Assembly: GCA_963828165.1 (NCBI GenBank)
Contig: CAWHDR010000001.1
Location: 640,001 to 704,000, forward strand
DNA from: an uncultured Chloroflexia bacterium
Lineage (GTDB): Bacteria; Chloroflexota; Limnocylindria; Limnocylindrales; CSP1-4
Length of the DNA: 64,000 bases
Direction: 5' to 3'
In this document: one piece after another, positions 28,438 to 38,647 of the stretch
Layout: every line of letters starts with the position of its first letter
How positions within the stretch are numbered: the first letter of the stretch is position 1
Program-made: the position numbers and the translations under genes
The notes under the pieces: generated by a model
The model's database searches: none
What the model was told of the DNA's origin: nothing
Seen by the model: the letters and a program-made list of their open reading frames with translations, nothing else

Positions 28438-29492
28438 GCGAGACCACGGTGACGGCGCCCGCGGTACCGGCGCCCACGGACACCACCGCCGGGGCGGGCA
28501 CGACCGGCGGCGCGGGCACGACCGCCAAGCGTGTCCAGGCGACCAAGTTGACCGTGATCGTCACCGAGGTAGCGGACGTCACCGCGCAGATCCGCCGCTT
28601 CCGGTTCGCGGCGCCCGACGGCCGTCCGCTCCCCTCCTTCTCGGGTGGCGCGCACGTCATCGTCGAGCTCCAGGATGGTCAGACGCTGCGGCGCAACCCG
28701 TACTCGCTCATGAGTTCGCCGACCGACACGTCGAGTTACGCCATCAGCGTGCGACGCGACGATGCCGGGCGGGGCGGCTCCCTCTTCCTGCATCGCGAGG
28801 TCCGCGTCGGCCAGGCCCTGACCATCAGCCGGCCGGTCAACCTCTTCCCCATCGACTGGCGGGCGCGTCGACACCTGCTCATCGCCGGGGGGATCGGGAT
28901 CACCCCGTTCCTTGCGCAGCTCGTGCAGCACGAGGCCGCCGGGAGCGACATGGAGCTGCACCTCGCCGTCCGCGGCCGAGAGCACGGCGCGTATCTCGAC
29001 GACCTGGAGCGCCGCTACGGCGACCGCGTCCATGTCCACTGCGACGACATCGGCGACCGCATCCCCCTCGACCGGCTGCTCGACGACCAGCCGCTGGGGA
29101 CCCATCTCTACGTGTGTGGCCCCGCCCCGATGATGGCGTGGGTGCTGGACACCGCGGCCGCGGCGGGCTGGCCGGCGCAGGCGCTCCATAGCGAGCGCTT
29201 CCTGGCCCCGGCCTCCGGAACGCCGTACGACATCACGCTCGCCCTGACCGGTCGGACCGTCCGCGTGGGCGAGCACCAGAGCATGCTCGAGGCGATCGAG
29301 GCCGCCGGCGTCGATGCCCCCTACATGTGCCGGGGCGGTGCCTGCGGGGAGTGCGAGACGCCCGTGATCTCGTACGAGGGAGGCATCCTGCACAACGACC
29401 ACTTTCTCTCGCCGGAGGACAAGGCCTCCGGGCGCAAGATCATGCCCTGCGTCTCGCGCTTCGAAGGCGCGTCCATCGTGCTGCAGCGATGA
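28434..29492 (+). CDS. dmmB: PDR/VanB-type FMN/2Fe-2S reductase (DmmB-like)
   Basis: RNPYSLMS, RGGS, AGGIGITPF, YVCGP, CRGGACGEC...MPCVSR. Confidence 0.88.
   Translation: MSETTVTAPAVPAPTDTTAGAGTTGGAGTTAKRVQATKLTVIVTEVADVTAQIRRFRFAAPDGRPLPSFSGGAHVIVELQDGQTLRRNPYSLMSSPTDTSSYAISVRRDDAGRGGSLFLHREVRVGQALTISRPVNLFPIDWRARRHLLIAGGIGITPFLAQLVQHEAAGSDMELHLAVRGREHGAYLDDLERRYGDRVHVHCDDIGDRIPLDRLLDDQPLGTHLYVCGPAPMMAWVLDTAAAAGWPAQALHSERFLAPASGTPYDITLALTGRTVRVGEHQSMLEAIEAAGVDAPYMCRGGACGECETPVISYEGGILHNDHFLSPEDKASGRKIMPCVSRFEGASIVLQR
28482..28526 (+). repeat. 2.5 x 18-bp in-frame tandem repeat in dmmB N-terminal extension
   Basis: accaccgccggggcgggc acgaccggcggcgcgggc acgaccgcc (TTAGAG TTGGAG TTA). Confidence 0.7.
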
Positions 29493-29517
29493 CCCGGCGT
29501 CGGGCGGAGGATGGGCC

Positions 29518-30567
29518 ATGACCGCGATCGAGTTCCGTGACGAGACGTTCCGCGACGACTTCTCATTCCGCAACAGCGCGGCCGGGATCCGGCGCTTCCC
29601 ATTCCCGTTCCACGAGGACCGCTATATGTACGCGGTCAATATCGAGCCGCACACGCCCGGGCCCGTCGGCACGGCGTACGAACACCCGATCGATGTCGAC
29701 GAGCACTACGTCGCGGAGATGCGCGATCGGGCGCTGGTGCTGGCCGAGGACCCGCTGCGCTGCCAGTCGCTACCGCACATGACGCTGGCCGGCTGGGATC
29801 TGCTCGAGCTGCTCATGGAATGCCAGGCCACGTCGTACCCGGAGCATTTCACGCTGGAGCGGGACGGGGACCGATGGCATTGGATCAATCGCCCGCTCGG
29901 GATCGACGACACCTTCACCTTCGGCGACGAGTCGACCCTGCCGTACGGCCCGATGGAGTACGTCACGCGGCAGAGCCAGGGCGATTTCGTCCTCGTCGAC
30001 CAGCGCGACGGCAACCTGTGGATGGATGCCGGGATGGTGACGACGCAAGCCGACTGGTCGCTCGACTTCGACCTCGGGATGAACTTCATGGAGTGGCACG
30101 GCCCGGTACCGCTCGCGCACGAGCTCGGCGTCTTCGACCGGGCGCTGAAGTTCCTGCTCAACCTCCGCCCCGGCCAGCCTGTCCGCCGCCTGAACTGGAC
30201 GATGACCATCAACCCGAGGCTCGACACGAGTCCCGAGCGCTACCCCCACTGGGGCACGGACCGCGCCACGGTCACGATGGACAACGTCGGCGAGAAGGTG
30301 CATCTGCGCGTCGAATTGCAGAGCTTCTGGCGGCTCCCCCGCTCCAACGCCATCGTGTTCCCGATCCGCTGCTACCTCATCAGCATGGCCGAGCTCGTGA
30401 CGATCCCCAAGTGGGCGCGCCGGCTCCATCGGGTCCTCGAGACGCTGCCGCCGGAGCTCGCCGACTACAAGGGGCTGACCCGCTATCGCCAGACGACCGT
30501 CGACTGGCTGGCGCGGCACGACGACGGCGCACCGACCTCACCTGGGTTCTTCCCGGACCCGGAGTAG
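29518..30567 (+). CDS. dmmC: Heme-dependent oxidative N-demethylase alpha subunit (DUF3445), DmmC-like
   Basis: RRFPFPFHEDRYMYAVNIEPH, ADWSLDFDLGMNFMEWHGPVP, RRLNWTMT, HLRVELQ..RLPRSNAIVFPIR. Confidence 0.88.
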   Translation: MTAIEFRDETFRDDFSFRNSAAGIRRFPFPFHEDRYMYAVNIEPHTPGPVGTAYEHPIDVDEHYVAEMRDRALVLAEDPLRCQSLPHMTLAGWDLLELLMECQATSYPEHFTLERDGDRWHWINRPLGIDDTFTFGDESTLPYGPMEYVTRQSQGDFVLVDQRDGNLWMDAGMVTTQADWSLDFDLGMNFMEWHGPVPLAHELGVFDRALKFLLNLRPGQPVRRLNWTMTINPRLDTSPERYPHWGTDRATVTMDNVGEKVHLRVELQSFWRLPRSNAIVFPIRCYLISMAELVTIPKWARRLHRVLETLPPELADYKGLTRYRQTTVDWLARHDDGAPTSPGFFPDPE

Positions 30568-30572
30568 CGAGC

Positions 30573-31169
30573 TCAGCGCTCGCTGTCGGCCTGGGGGTCG
30601 GCCTCCGGCCGGCCGGTGAACGTGGTCGCCGGTGTGCCGACGACGTGGTCCGGGCGCGGCCCTGGGTCGCGGCGGATGTCCTCGATCGGCTCGGGGACGA
30701 GCTCACCGCCACGGACGGTCGCGCCCAGGACGATGGCCGCGGACACCAGCACCACGTTCTTGATGATGTACTGGCCTTCGAGCGTCGGAGCGAACGGGAA
30801 GATGCCGAACGTCTCGGTCGGGAACAGGAACAGCGGCGTGATCGTTCCCAGCATCTGGACGAACAGGATGAGCAGGGTGAACCGCATCCAGCGTCCGATG
30901 AACAGGCCGATCCCGATGGCCATCTCCCAGACCGCCAGGATCGGGAGCGCCACCGCGGTGGGGATCGCGCCCAGGGTGAGGGCCTCGATGGTCCGCCCGG
31001 CCAGGGTCTCGGCAGGACTGAGGCCCGGGAACAGCTTGAGGGCCCCGAACCAGAAGAAGACGATGCCCAGGGCGAAGCGCAGGAGGGTCAGCCCGTGGGC
31101 GGCCATCCATTCCGTGATGCGCCGATCGAGATGCTCGAACCAGCGCGGCGCTCTCGTCATGGTCCGCAT
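30573..31169 (-). CDS. DoxX family membrane protein
   Basis: [34 protein letters not shown]; GGAGG RBS. Confidence 0.85.
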   Translation of the reverse strand: MRTMTRAPRWFEHLDRRITEWMAAHGLTLLRFALGIVFFWFGALKLFPGLSPAETLAGRTIEALTLGAIPTAVALPILAVWEMAIGIGLFIGRWMRFTLLILFVQMLGTITPLFLFPTETFGIFPFAPTLEGQYIIKNVVLVSAAIVLGATVRGGELVPEPIEDIRRDPGPRPDHVVGTPATTFTGRPEADPQADSER

Positions 31170-31231
31170 CGCCTCCGTTGTGTGGTCGTCGGTTGTACCA
31201 CGGAACGGCGGGCGGGGCGGTGCCTGGTCAC

Positions 31232-32767
31232 CTAGGCCGTTCCGGCCTCGATCTGGCGTTTCCGACGAGCCACGAATGCATCGAGCGCCTCCGCGACAGA
31301 AGGGTCCAGCGGTGGCGGGACCGCGTCGGCCAGCAGGCGTTTCCAGATGCCGTTGGCCCGTTCCGTGGCGGTATGCGAGCCGTCCGCCTGCCACGTCTCG
31401 AAGTTGCGCCAGTCGGACACCATCGGCTCGTAGAAGGCGGTCTCGTAGCGCTCCAGCGTATGGGCCGTCCCGAAGAAATGGCCACCCGGCCCGACGTCAA
31501 CCATCGCATCGAACCCCAGGGATCCCTCGTCGACGACCATCGGCTGGAGGACCTCCGAGATCATCTGCAGGATCTCGGCGTCGACGATGAGCTTCTCGTA
31601 CGAGGCCGTCAGGCCGCCCTCGAGCCAGCCGGCTCCCTGGTACAGCAGGTTCACGCCGCCCATCACGGCGCCCCAGACCGCCATCTCGGCCTCGTACGCG
31701 GCTTGCGCGTCGACCACGTTCGAGGCGGTCGCGTTCGACGATCGCCACGGCAGCCCGTAGCGCCGCGCCATCTGGCCGCTCGCGAACTGGGATTTGACCG
31801 ACTCGGGCGTCCCGAACGCCGGTGCTCCGGTGCGCATGTCGACGTTCGAGGTGAACGCGCCGTAGACCATGGGCGCCCCCGGCCGCACGATCTGGGCCAG
31901 GGCCACGAGAAACAGCGCCTCGGCGTTCTGCTGGGCGATCGCACCAGCAAGCGAGACCGGGCTCATCGCCCCGGCCAGCGTGAATGGCGTCGCGACGACC
32001 GGCTGCCCGTGCAGGGCCATCTCGATCAGGCCGTCGCTCATCGGGCCGTCCAGGCGCAGCGGCGAGTTCGTGTTGATGATCGTGATGAGCGACGGCTCGC
32101 GCGCGAGGACGTCGCGGTCGATGCCGCGGATGAGCGTCGCCACCTCGATCGCGTCGTCGACGACCGTGGCGCCCGTGCCGAGGCAATGCCACGTCTTGTC
32201 GAGCTCGGTCGCGAACGTCCGGTACTGATCGAGGTGGCGGGTCTCGACCGGCAGGTCGGTCGGTTCCAGCGGGCCGCCACCCTCTTGGTGGAGCACGTCG
32301 AGGGCTCCGATGAGTCGCACGTAGTCGACGAAGTCGGCGAAGTTGCCCGGCCGCCGACCGCGGTCGAGGTCGCTCACGAACGCCGGCCCACCGACCGCAC
32401 AGAAAACCAGGTTCGTGCCGCCGAAGAGCACGTTGCGCTCGGGGTTCCGCGCGTGCAACCGGAACTCGCGCGGAGCCGCCGCCACGAGGGATTCGACCTG
32501 CGCGGGATCGACACGGACCATCCGTGTCGCCCGATCCACCTCCGCTCCGGCCCGGGCGAGCGCGTCCAGCGCCCGGTCTCCAAGAACCTCCATCCCGATC
32601 TCGGCAAGGATGCGGAGCGACGCGACGTGAATCGCCTCGACCTGGTCGGCCGAGAGGATCTCGATCGGGCGATACGGGTTGACCAGGCGTCGCCACGGGA
32701 GCTGGCGGATCCCGGGCGCAGCGCGCCGCGGTCGACGCCGGGAAGCGTGGGGCTCGGGCACGGTCAT
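31232..32767 (-). CDS. Trimethylamine methyltransferase (MttB) superfamily protein, non-pyrrolysine
   Basis: [67 protein letters not shown]. Confidence 0.93.
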   Translation of the reverse strand: MTVPEPHASRRRPRRAAPGIRQLPWRRLVNPYRPIEILSADQVEAIHVASLRILAEIGMEVLGDRALDALARAGAEVDRATRMVRVDPAQVESLVAAAPREFRLHARNPERNVLFGGTNLVFCAVGGPAFVSDLDRGRRPGNFADFVDYVRLIGALDVLHQEGGGPLEPTDLPVETRHLDQYRTFATELDKTWHCLGTGATVVDDAIEVATLIRGIDRDVLAREPSLITIINTNSPLRLDGPMSDGLIEMALHGQPVVATPFTLAGAMSPVSLAGAIAQQNAEALFLVALAQIVRPGAPMVYGAFTSNVDMRTGAPAFGTPESVKSQFASGQMARRYGLPWRSSNATASNVVDAQAAYEAEMAVWGAVMGGVNLLYQGAGWLEGGLTASYEKLIVDAEILQMISEVLQPMVVDEGSLGFDAMVDVGPGGHFFGTAHTLERYETAFYEPMVSDWRNFETWQADGSHTATERANGIWKRLLADAVPPPLDPSVAEALDAFVARRKRQIEAGTA

Positions 32768-32895
32768 GCGCCTTGATGCTACGCGCGACCACGCCCATTC
32801 TCACGCCCGTCTCAGAGGCCGCGGCTTCCATGGCGATCTCGGTGACGCCTCCGGCGACCACCGCCGGAGCGGATCGCACTCGGGAAGGGATCGAC

Positions 32896-34086
32896 ATGAA
32901 GCTGAAGCTGGTCGTGCTGGTCGTGCTCGTGGCGGTCGGCGTCGGGGCGCTGGCCGTCACGTTCGGGGGTTTCGGGACGAACGCGGCTGCCAGCACGCAA
33001 TACCTCACGGCAGCAGCCACGGTGGCTGACGTCACCGACGACGTGGCCGCCACCGGCACCCTTGCCGCGGCGGAGTCGTACGGCCTCCTCTTCGGCGCCG
33101 ACCCGTACCTCGTGGGAGCCGATGATTCGGCGCCCACCAGCGAGGGCACCTGGCCCGTTACCGAGGTCACCGCGAAGGTCGGCGACACCGTGGCAGCAGG
33201 CGACATGCTCGCGACGGCGGACACGAGCGACCTCGAAACGGACCTGGCACGGGCGAGGGCCGACGTCCGGTCCGCCAACATCAATGCCCAGATCGCCAAG
33301 GAAGCGCTCGCGGACGCCCAGGACGCGGATGACGCCGACGCAGAACGGCAGGCGCAGCTCTCGGTCTACAGCGCCCAGAACCAGTACTCCCAGGCCTTCG
33401 AGGCACGGCGGACCATCCAGCAGCAGATCGCGGCGGCGTCGCTGAAGGCGCCGATCGCCGGCGTCGTCACGGCGGTCAACATCCGGGCCGGCTTCGACGC
33501 TCCCGCGGCACCGGCGATCGTGATCGCCTCCACGACGTACCAGGTCACGACGGACGTCGTGGAGAGCGACCTCGCCGGCATCCAGCTCGGCCAGAAGGCG
33601 TCCGTCACGATCGACGCGCTCGAGACCGAGGTCGAGGGAAGCGTCACGGGCATCTCGCCGGTGGCCGGCGACGGTTCGTCGGGCGTCGTGGCCTTCCCGG
33701 TCACGGTCACGTTGGCGAACGCACCCCCGGGCGCCCGGTCAGGGATGAGCGCCGACGTGACCGTCACGATCGCCAGTGCGACCGGGGTGCTGACGGTGCC
33801 GAGCAGCGCGCTGCAGGGCAAGAACGGCGACTACATGGTCATGACCCTCGGCGCCGACGGCACGCCGCAAGCCCAGCCGGTGGAGGTCGGGCTTCTGACG
33901 AGCACGACCGCCGAGATCAGATCCGGGCTGGCCGAAGGCACGGCCGTCGTGACCGGCACGGCGTCCGACCTGATCGGCACCGCTAGCCAGGGAAATGGCC
34001 GGTTCGAGAACGGCGGCATCGCGATCCCGGGCGGCGGCCCGGGCGGCAAGATCCGACCGGACGTCGTCGTGGAAGCCAAGCCATGA
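32896..34086 (+). CDS. MacA/HlyD-type membrane fusion (adaptor) subunit
   Basis: N-terminal TM, KVGDTVAAGD lipoyl half, LKAPIAGVV, GMSADV, VPSSAL. Confidence 0.88.
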   Translation: MKLKLVVLVVLVAVGVGALAVTFGGFGTNAAASTQYLTAAATVADVTDDVAATGTLAAAESYGLLFGADPYLVGADDSAPTSEGTWPVTEVTAKVGDTVAAGDMLATADTSDLETDLARARADVRSANINAQIAKEALADAQDADDADAERQAQLSVYSAQNQYSQAFEARRTIQQQIAAASLKAPIAGVVTAVNIRAGFDAPAAPAIVIASTTYQVTTDVVESDLAGIQLGQKASVTIDALETEVEGSVTGISPVAGDGSSGVVAFPVTVTLANAPPGARSGMSADVTVTIASATGVLTVPSSALQGKNGDYMVMTLGADGTPQAQPVEVGLLTSTTAEIRSGLAEGTAVVTGTASDLIGTASQGNGRFENGGIAIPGGGPGGKIRPDVVVEAKP

Positions 34087-34757
34087 CCACGCCCATCATC
34101 TCACTGGAGCGCGTCAGCCGCGTGTACGACATGGGTCGCGTCGCAGTGCCCGCCCTCGACGACGTCAGCCTGGGTGTCCAGCCCGGCGAGTTCGTCGCGA
34201 TCGTCGGCCCCTCCGGCTCGGGCAAGAGCACGATGATGAACATCCTCGGCTGCCTGGACCGTCCGACCCATGGCGCCTATCGGCTGGCGGGCACGCCGGT
34301 CGCGGACCTCGACGACGACGGCCTGGCGAAGCTCCGCAGCCGGTCCATCGGCTTCATCTTCCAGTCGTACAACCTGCTGCCGCGAACGACCGCCCTGGAT
34401 AACGTGGCCGCGCCGCTGCTGTATCAGGGAGTGGGCCGGGCGGAGCGCCTCCGACGCGCGCGGGCGGCCCTCGAGCGGCTGGGGCTGGGTGATCGAGTGG
34501 ACCACGAGCCCACCGAACTCTCCGGCGGCCAGCAGCAGCGCGTCGCCGTGGCCCGCGCCCTCGTCACCGAGCCTGCGTTGATCCTTGCCGACGAGCCCAC
34601 GGGCAATCTCGACAGCCACGCCGGCGCCGAGGTCATCTCGCTGCTTCAGGAGCTGCATCGCGCGGGCAGGACGATCGTGCTCATCACCCACGACCCGGAT
34701 GTCGCGGCATCCGCGGACCGCCAGGTCCACCTGCTCGACGGACGCATCGCGGCATGA
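34083..34757 (+). CDS. ABC transporter ATP-binding protein (MacB/LolD type)
   Basis: [28 protein letters not shown]. Confidence 0.96.
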   Translation: MTTPIISLERVSRVYDMGRVAVPALDDVSLGVQPGEFVAIVGPSGSGKSTMMNILGCLDRPTHGAYRLAGTPVADLDDDGLAKLRSRSIGFIFQSYNLLPRTTALDNVAAPLLYQGVGRAERLRRARAALERLGLGDRVDHEPTELSGGQQQRVAVARALVTEPALILADEPTGNLDSHAGAEVISLLQELHRAGRTIVLITHDPDVAASADRQVHLLDGRIAA

Positions 34758-35944
34758 GCCCGGTCGAGCTGCTCAGGCTTGCGCTTTCGCGCCTGCGCAC
34801 GAGCCGGTTGCGCGCGGCGCTGACCATGCTCGGGGTCATCATCGGCGTGGCGTCGGTCGTGGCCCTCGTCGGGGTCGGCCAGGGCACGACATCGAACATC
34901 ACCACCAGCCTCGCGAGTCTCGGGACGAACCTGCTCACCATCAGCCCGACGACCCAGGACTCCGACGGCTCGACCAGTCTCAGCCTGGACGACGCGGACG
35001 CCATCGGCGAGCTCGCCTCGGTCGCCGGTGTCGCGCCCGAAGCCTCGACCAACCTGACCGTACGTGCCGGTGACGAGTCGACCGACACCACCATCGTGGG
35101 AACGACGGCCGAGTACGCGACCGTGCGCGCCCACGACGTCTGGCAAGGCACGTTCCTGACCGACGTCAGCGTGGAGCGCGAGCTGCGCGTGGCGGTCCTT
35201 GGGGCCTCGACCGCCGAGACGCTGGAGCTCGATGCCACCGACATCGGGTCGGAGATCGCGATCGGCGGCATCCCGTTCACGCTGATCGGCATCCTCCAGC
35301 CCAAGGGCGGGGCGTCGTTCCAGGATCCCGACGACCAGGTGGTCGTCCCGATCGCGACGGTGCAGAAGTACTTCGTGGGCGGCGACAGCGTTCGGAGCAT
35401 CGGCGTCAGCGTCGCGGCGACGTCCGACATGACGGCCACGAACACGGAGATCGCCGCGCTCCTGCGCGACCGTCATGAGCTCGCCGCGGCCGATGACGCC
35501 GACTTCGACATCTTCGACCAGACCCAGCTGCTGGACGCCGCGTCGTCGATCAGTGGCACGCTCACACTCCTCCTCGGTGGGATCGCATCGATCTCGCTCG
35601 TGGTCGGTGGCATCGGGATCATGAACATCATGCTGGTGTCCGTCCGCGAGCGGACCCGCGAGATCGGCATCCGAAAGGCCATCGGCGCGCGCGGCCGAGA
35701 CATCCTGGCCCAGTTCCTGGTCGAGGCGCTGACCCTGTCGCTGCTCGGCGGCCTGATCGGCATCGCCGTCGGGCTCGGCGTGTCCGCGCTGATCGGGCAG
35801 ATCGCCGGCTGGGGCTTCGTCTTCGATCCGTCGACCCTCGTGGCCGCCGTCCTGTTCAGCCTCCTGGTCGGCGTCGTCTTCGGCGTTTGGCCCGCCCGCC
35901 AGGCGGCGCGTTTGGATCCCATCAGCGCCCTGCGCTACGAATGA
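34754..35944 (+). CDS. ABC transporter permease (MacB/FtsX type)
   Basis: LTMLGVIIGVASV, VGGIGIMNIMLVSVRERTREIGIRKAIGA, PARQAARLDP. Confidence 0.95.
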   Translation: MSPVELLRLALSRLRTSRLRAALTMLGVIIGVASVVALVGVGQGTTSNITTSLASLGTNLLTISPTTQDSDGSTSLSLDDADAIGELASVAGVAPEASTNLTVRAGDESTDTTIVGTTAEYATVRAHDVWQGTFLTDVSVERELRVAVLGASTAETLELDATDIGSEIAIGGIPFTLIGILQPKGGASFQDPDDQVVVPIATVQKYFVGGDSVRSIGVSVAATSDMTATNTEIAALLRDRHELAAADDADFDIFDQTQLLDAASSISGTLTLLLGGIASISLVVGGIGIMNIMLVSVRERTREIGIRKAIGARGRDILAQFLVEALTLSLLGGLIGIAVGLGVSALIGQIAGWGFVFDPSTLVAAVLFSLLVGVVFGVWPARQAARLDPISALRYE

Positions 35945-35957
35945 AGGAGACCCTCGG

Positions 35958-36521
35958 ATGACCATGGACCCGACGCAGCCAGTCGACCACGAAACCAGCC
36001 CCTCGCCCGCACGGAGCGCGCCCGTGGCTCCCGTCGCTCCGGTCGTGGCCGTATCGCCGCGCGCGAGATCGGGCGGCGTCCTGAACCTGCTGCTCATCGG
36101 CGCCGCGATCGTGGCCGTGGGCGGCGTGGCCTTCGCGATCGGGCGCTCGACCGCGCCTGCCAGCGCCTTCCCGGGCGTCGGTGGCCTGAACGGCGGACCG
36201 ATCGTGCGGGCCGACGGCAGCTTCGATCCGGGCGCCGGCGGACCCGGCGGCATCGTCCTCGACGGCGGTCTGGCGATCGAAGGGACGGTCGCCTCGGTCG
36301 ATGCCGACAGCGTCACGCTGACACTCGACAACGGCGAGGAGATGACCTTCGCCCTCGACGGCGAGACGACGTACCACGAGTCGACCGATGCCACGCCCGC
36401 CGATGTCTCGATCGGTGACAAGGTGTCGATCAAGGTCGACGGCGGCGGGCGGATCCAGCGCGGCGACGGCGCGCCGACGACGCCGGACCTCAGCGCCCGC
36501 GATATCACCGTCGCCCGGTAG
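35958..36521 (+). CDS. Membrane-anchored accessory protein with small beta domain
   Basis: AAGGAG RBS, one TM, Gly-rich linker, IEGTVASVD...TLTL beta-rich C-terminus. Confidence 0.7.
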   Translation: MTMDPTQPVDHETSPSPARSAPVAPVAPVVAVSPRARSGGVLNLLLIGAAIVAVGGVAFAIGRSTAPASAFPGVGGLNGGPIVRADGSFDPGAGGPGGIVLDGGLAIEGTVASVDADSVTLTLDNGEEMTFALDGETTYHESTDATPADVSIGDKVSIKVDGGGRIQRGDGAPTTPDLSARDITVAR

Positions 36522-36548
36522 CGCCCGACGAGTTGCTAGGCTCATCAC

Positions 36549-37226
36549 ATGCATCTGCTCGTCATCGAGGACGATCCACGCCTCGGGCGCCTGCTCAAGC
36601 GCCTGCTCGAGGACGACCGGCACGTGGTCGAGCTCGCCACCGATGGCGAAAGCGGTCTCGAGATCGCCGAGGATGCCCCCGGCATCGAATGCGTGATCCT
36701 CGACATCGGCCTGCCCGACATCAGTGGACTCGAGGTCGCCCGGCGGCTGCGCGCAGCGGGCTCCGCCGTGACGATCCTCATGCTCACCGCTCGTGACACG
36801 GTCGGCGACCGGGTCACCGGGCTCGATGCCGGGGCCGACGACTATCTCGTCAAGCCTTTTGCCTTCGAGGAGCTGTCTGCCCGGCTGCGTGCGCTGTCAC
36901 GCCGTGGTGCCCCGGCGGGTCGGCGGACCGCGCCGAAGATCGTCGTGGGTCCGATCACCCTCGACGAGACCGCGCGTCGGGTGACCGTCGAAGGCGCGAG
37001 CGTCGAGCTCAGCCCGCGCGAGTTCTCGCTGCTCGAGTGCCTGCTGCGACACCCCGGCCAGACCCTGACGCGCGACCAGCTGCTGGACCAGGCGTGGCCG
37101 TTCGGTGTCGCGGTGACCCCGAATGCGGTCGACGCGTACATCCACTACCTGCGCGACAAGCTCGGGTCGGCCGGACGTTTCATCCAGACGGTCCGCGGCG
37201 TGGGGTACCGCCTCGCCGATGCCTGA
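36549..37226 (+). CDS. OmpR family response regulator
   Basis: IEDD, LDIGLPD, GADDYLVKPF, REFSLLECL, IQTVRGVGY. Confidence 0.96.
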   Translation: MHLLVIEDDPRLGRLLKRLLEDDRHVVELATDGESGLEIAEDAPGIECVILDIGLPDISGLEVARRLRAAGSAVTILMLTARDTVGDRVTGLDAGADDYLVKPFAFEELSARLRALSRRGAPAGRRTAPKIVVGPITLDETARRVTVEGASVELSPREFSLLECLLRHPGQTLTRDQLLDQAWPFGVAVTPNAVDAYIHYLRDKLGSAGRFIQTVRGVGYRLADA

Positions 37227-38637
37227 CGGCGCGGTCGCCGGGGCGCCCCTTGCCGATCCGCCGTCGGAGGTCACCCCCACGGAGGCCCGGCTCCTCCGCA
37301 GCGTCCGGATCAACCTCGCGCTCTGGAGCGGTGGCATCACGCTGGCGGTCCTGCTCGTGCTCGGTACGGTCCTCTACCTCGCGGTCGAGCGTTCGCTGGG
37401 GGCGACGGGCACGGCACAGCTCGTGGATGAGGCGAACCGGCTCACCGGCGGCCGACGCGATCCGGGCGGAGATCCGCCACAGGGTGGGCTGAGCTTCGGT
37501 GGCCCCAGTTCCGGGACCTTCACGATGGTCCTGGACGACGATGGGCGACCAGTCCGACCCGTCCCGGCCGGCCTGCCCGTGGCCGAATCGTTCCAGGCCG
37601 CCAAGGCTACGGGCGACCGCGACATCCGCTCAGCCACGATCTCGTCGACGAGGTTGACCGCGTTCGTGCCCGGGACCGCGGATGGGCCACCCGACGAGTT
37701 CAACGAGACGACGTTCACGACGCCCGTCCGCGTCCTTACCGACCCTGTCCGCTTCCGTGGCCAATCCTTCTACCTCCAGGTAGTCGGCGACCGCACGACC
37801 GAGGAGCGCACCCTCCGGATCCTCATCGTCGTCCTCGTAGTCGGTGGGCTGGCGGCGCTGCTCGCGGCTTCGGGCGTCGGGGCGGCGTACGCGCAACGCG
37901 CCCTGGTCCCCATCCGCCGCTCGCTCATCGACCAGCGGGAGGCGCTGCGTCGACAACGGGAATTCGCCGCCGATGCATCGCACGAGCTGCGGACCCCGCT
38001 GACCGTGATCCGGGCCAGCGTCGACGACCTGGGCCGCCACGCATCGGAGCCGGTTGCCAGCGTGGGCAGCGCCCTGACCGACATCCGCGATGAGGTCGAT
38101 CACCTGACGGCCATGGTGGACGACCTGCTGTTGCTGGCCCGCTCCGACTCTGGGGCCGTCGCGCTCGAGCGCGTCCCTCTCGACCTCGGCGACATCGCGT
38201 CGACCGCGGCGGTGGCGCTCTCGAGGCCGGCCACGGACCGCGGTGTGGAGGTGCTCGTCGACCCGCAGCCGACCGAGCTCCGCGGCGATCCGGCGCGCCT
38301 CCGCCAGCTCGTCATGATCCTTATCGACAATGCCATCCGCCACTCGCCCAGCGGCGGCCGGGTGCTGGTCCGGGTCCGGACCGAGGGGCCGGACGCGATC
38401 CTCGTCGTGGAAGACGAGGGGCCCGGGATCCGTGACGAGGACCTGCCGCGGCTCTTCGACCGCTTCTACCGCGCGGCAGGCGCGCCGGGTGGCGGCACCG
38501 GGCTGGGTCTTGCGATCGCCGCCTGGATCGCGGAACGCCACGGCGGCCGTGTCTTGGCCGCCAATCGCCCGGAGCAGGGCGCCCGCTTCACGGTCAGGCT
38601 CCCGCTGGCCCGTCCGGAGGCGGCCACCACCGCCTAG
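37219..38637 (+). CDS. Membrane sensor histidine kinase
   Basis: Two TMs, FAADASHELRTPL, LIDNAIRH, DEGPG, GTGLGLAIA. Confidence 0.95.
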   Translation: MPDGAVAGAPLADPPSEVTPTEARLLRSVRINLALWSGGITLAVLLVLGTVLYLAVERSLGATGTAQLVDEANRLTGGRRDPGGDPPQGGLSFGGPSSGTFTMVLDDDGRPVRPVPAGLPVAESFQAAKATGDRDIRSATISSTRLTAFVPGTADGPPDEFNETTFTTPVRVLTDPVRFRGQSFYLQVVGDRTTEERTLRILIVVLVVGGLAALLAASGVGAAYAQRALVPIRRSLIDQREALRRQREFAADASHELRTPLTVIRASVDDLGRHASEPVASVGSALTDIRDEVDHLTAMVDDLLLLARSDSGAVALERVPLDLGDIASTAAVALSRPATDRGVEVLVDPQPTELRGDPARLRQLVMILIDNAIRHSPSGGRVLVRVRTEGPDAILVVEDEGPGIRDEDLPRLFDRFYRAAGAPGGGTGLGLAIAAWIAERHGGRVLAANRPEQGARFTVRLPLARPEAATTA

Positions 38638-38647
38638 ACTTTCGACG

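Noticed and set aside
12196-32767. Pyrrolysine recoding in the mttB genes
   Set aside because: Both ORFs are full length without an in-frame TAG, and no pyl genes were seen.
32896-38637. MacAB-like exporter plus two-component system as a novel system
   Set aside because: A common, well-known module with no unusual features seen.
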